NCBI RefSeq assembly: GCF_964355755.1
Contig: NC_092673.1
Location: 21,573,648 to 21,637,647, forward strand
Direction of reading: 5' to 3'
From: Antedon mediterranea
Lineage: Eukaryota > Animalia > Echinodermata
Length of the DNA stretch: 64,000 nt
Shown: one piece after another, positions 60,500 to 64,000 of the stretch
How the letters are laid out: the number at the start of each line of letters is the position of its first letter
How positions within the stretch are numbered: the stretch's first letter is position 1
Notes under the pieces: generated by a model
What the model was told of the DNA's origin: nothing
Seen by the model: the letters and a program-made list of their open reading frames with translations, nothing else
Databases searched by the model: none
Position numbers and translations under genes: made by a program

Positions 60500-60674
60500 A
60501 GCTTTGTCTACACAACAAAAATGTGAATGTGCACATGATGATGTCATATCATTTCCATATTTGGGCATATCACTACCATATTTAGGCATATCATTACAAT
60601 ATTTAGGCATATCACTACCATATTTGGACACATCACACTTTTTGTCAACCTAGTTTGATAGTGTAGACAGAGCT
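60500..60674. mobile_element. MITE family A, full copy
   Basis: AGCTTTGTCTACAC ... GTGTAGACAGAGCT with tandem 20-bp internal units; source of ORF 60428-60631. Confidence 0.75.
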
Positions 60675-63521
60675 TTACTCTGTGTATTGACAGATTTTTC
60701 CAAATGTGAACCCTCTGAAGAAATAGTGTAGAATTCTTTTAATTATTGCAAATTAGATATTTTTGCAGACAAATTATTTGTCCATTTCTTCTTGCAAAGG
60801 CTTATAAATTTTACTGATCTGAGTTGCTTGTTATTTTTTGGAAAGGGTTTTTGTAATTAACAGGTAGTGTGCTTGGCTGCACTTGTTGCCCTTAATTTAC
60901 AGACCTTATTTTGATGGTTTGCATTTTGAAGTCATAAATACTGGTAGAATCTTTCATTGTTTGCAGCATCTGTCATGAAAGGAGTCTTTTATTAAGGTAA
61001 CCAAGCCAGTCAAAAAAAAAGGAAGTAAAATCAAGGTAATTTTAAACTGAATTTGATGATAATGATTATATGCTACAGTAGATTTATTGAAAATCAATTT
61101 ATTCTGGGTCCTAGAGTGAGACAAGTAGCCACTTCTAGCTATGATACTGTAATTAATTTTGTTTGTGTATTCTGTTGTTGTTTATAGTTTATAAATGTTT
61201 ATGAATTACACAAACCAATAGTGGTGTTAATAGTCTATGCTTGTGTAATAGTGCTAGCTTACCTGGATAAACCGACAATAGCCTGTGCTCTCCAGAGGGA
61301 GGGCTTACAAAAGTACCATAATAGACTAGTCCGCAACCACGCCCTCATGTGGGAATGTTCCAGCGTACCACCATCATCATTTCTTTTCGGATCATGGAAG
61401 CGTTACGACGTATGATACAAACCTGATACGTTTTTAAGATAAAGTTCCTATCACAAAGCTAATATAATGATCAAAATTTAGCAAATTTGGTACTGTACTG
61501 TATATCTATAATAATTTATTTCTACCATAATCCATAATATCATTGTATTTTATTGAACATTGAAAACCCTCACTGCTAGTGCTACAGTGATACCTTAAAA
61601 ATATATACTGTACAGTATCTGGTGACCTCCCTATTTTTCTACAGTAAGAAAGCAAATAAATATCGCAATTAGATTCAATAATATTAATAATCAATTGAAA
61701 TATATATTGTGTAGATCTTAATTGAACTTTTTATTTTTTATTTCCTTCAATTCAACATTCAGCAATTCGTCGTCATGGATGCAAGTTATTATAAACAGTG
61801 ATAAAGTATACAGTTATAATTACAGTACTCACCATATTGTTCACAATTTTATTTAAAGCTATTAGGGAAAAGTACTCTAGTTTACCGTGTTTCATGTCAT
61901 CGAACTTCAATATCTGTTGCGCTGTATGCAAGATGTTAGACACGCCTAATTATGGATGAGAGGCTCGTGGCTCTGTGTTTATTGCTCATTGCAGCTGGAA
62001 GCTTCGTGGGTTTTCATCATGATGTAAATAATTTATTAGATAATAAAAAAAAGGAAATAAGGTATAATTTTTTATAATTACAACATTTTATGAAAAGAAC
62101 AATGCTGATAGAAATGTTAATTTTTTTGGGTTGGTCAGTGCCAATTTTGATAAAAAAAATCTTTGTTTTATACAAAATAATGACTGGAGTACAATAGTAT
62201 GTTATATAATTCTCAGTTTCATTTAGGCTACATTTGCAGGATGACTGTTAGACTCAATAGCTGCCTTGTTAGAAAGTTCCAAAGCCAACATTCAATATAA
62301 AAATTCAGTTCCTCATTTTTTTTAACTGTTTTCTACTAATACTAATAGCATTTTCATAGTTTTACAATAATTATCATTACTTTCCATCAAATTAGTATTA
62401 ATATTTCAAATAAGATGCATAATGGCAGTTAATGAAAATCTCTCTATTTCCACATTACATACATTTAAAAGCGACGGAATGTTACAACAATGCCAAGACT
62501 TTGTCAAAAGTCTACAGTATGCTATTTTATGAATCATAGCTCATAATAAAAATAAGGCATTTCAAAGGCTATTTTTTCACTGTTCTGAGCATAAAGTAAG
62601 AATTATTGTATGCCAAGAGCATCTTATAAGTTTAACTATCGCAGGAATATTTTACGAGTTCCTCCATAATGGCGTGAGGATGCAATATTTTCTATTCATA
62701 TTGAATTTTGTAAAATTACTGTTTACTATCTTTATATTATCAGAATACTGCAATTACTGTAAATTACTTAATTAAAATAAAAAAAAAAAATACAATTTCT
62801 TCATATAAACATTCTTCTGTAAAGTATTTTATAATTTAAATAAATTACAAATAATTTTGACGTTTTGTTTTTGACATTTGAGTTGGTCCATATTTTGTTA
62901 AAAACATTTTTACAATTTTTTTAAATTTGAATTTTATCTCATTTGTGACACATTATTCATGCTAGTGGCAATAAAAAATAGCCTTTTTTTACATTCATCG
63001 TTAATTTAATTTTCATCTAAAAATGTGATTTTAATTTACTTTTTAAACATATTACACTACAGTAGGTACTGTACTAGAAAAATGAACCTGCTAAATTTGA
63101 ATATTCATGATTAAAATTAATTTCTATTGCATGTTAATTCCTTTGAAAATTCTTGAAAATGGTTCTATGATGGTACCGAAACGTCGATCTCTCTTTTTGT
63201 CATTAAATTTTATATTGAAATGTTGAATATTGAAATAAAGTAATTCACTCACAGTTATTCAGATTAGGTTCATCCATAGTTCATTAGTTTATTCAGCTTA
63301 ATAGTTCCTAATATTAAATGCTGACATTTTCAATATTAAAGATCCACTAAATTTAGAATTTGAAAAAAAACATAGTTTATTGTATTGTAAAAATGTAATA
63401 TTTAATCTTTTTTAAATACTATAGTTCTTGTGTTAATTCAATTTTTTTAGTTTTTGTATTTACCTCAGGGGCTGTTATACAGTAGTTAAAAATCATATTT
63501 CCAATACCATCGAATCTTTAA

Positions 63522-63861
63522 AGATATATTGTCCCCTGAAAAAATAAAATTTTGTTGTTGAATATGCCATTTTAATGTCACATACAGTATTACTATTAGT
63601 TATCTACTTTGATCAAAATTTGGATCGAAAAAAAAAATGATTTACCTTAATAAAAAAATGTAATTTAAAGCAAAAAATATTCAAATTGGCTGTCAGCTAA
63701 AGGGGTTTGGTTGAATTTAACCACTTATTTTGTCATTTTATAAGTGAAAACATTTTTTTTCTTCTATGGAAGTGATTAATTTCATTAACACTACAAAATA
63801 ACCTATTTAAAGAATGATTTTATTAATCTTTGTTTTTCATGTTTTTGGGGACAATACATCT
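63522..63861. mobile_element. Kolobok-like non-autonomous element (family C)
   Basis: TTAA|AGATATATTGTCCCC ... GGGGACAATACATCT|TTAA; interior shared with 36013-36344 and a fragment at ~42250-42360. Confidence 0.8.
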
Positions 63862-64000
63862 TTAAAATAAAAATTGTCCAATTCTGTGACAAATCATAAC
63901 CAAGTCATCTCAATCTCAACGTGATTCTAATTTTTAAAATCAACGTCATCTATGTACATCTATGTTACTAATGTCTGGAAGACCTAGTGTTGATATAGAA

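Overview
AT-rich animal genomic DNA, most likely an invertebrate deuterostome such as an echinoderm (inferred from repeat types and gene structure, not proven). It is not prokaryotic: there are no operons, CRISPR arrays or rRNA. I assembled five intron-containing genes by hand from GT-AG sites with consistent exon phases: UROS (-, 7 coding exons, 257 aa), BCCIP (+, 7 exons, 310 aa), DHX15/Prp43 (-, 12 exons, 739 aa), CCDC172 (+, 9-10 exons, about 360 aa) and a DOK1/2/3-like PH-PTB adaptor (-, 3 exons, 710 aa). Introns and spacers are full of MITEs, tRNA-derived SINEs, LINE 3' ends and minisatellites. The most interesting signals are: (1) a GC/CpG-rich, structured 3' splice site with no polypyrimidine tract and a nearby stop-creating alternative acceptor in DHX15 intron 8, a candidate autoregulatory sensor intron; (2) UROS-BCCIP-DHX15-CCDC172-DOK microsynteny that resembles a pre-duplication version of the human UROS-BCCIP-DHX32 and DQX1/DOK1 loci; (3) a duplicated decoy acceptor in DHX15 intron 4; (4) a 14x GQAHV repeat in the DOK protein; (5) a MITE-in-LINE-in-SINE nest. 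All homology calls come from recognising sequences by eye; no database search was run.
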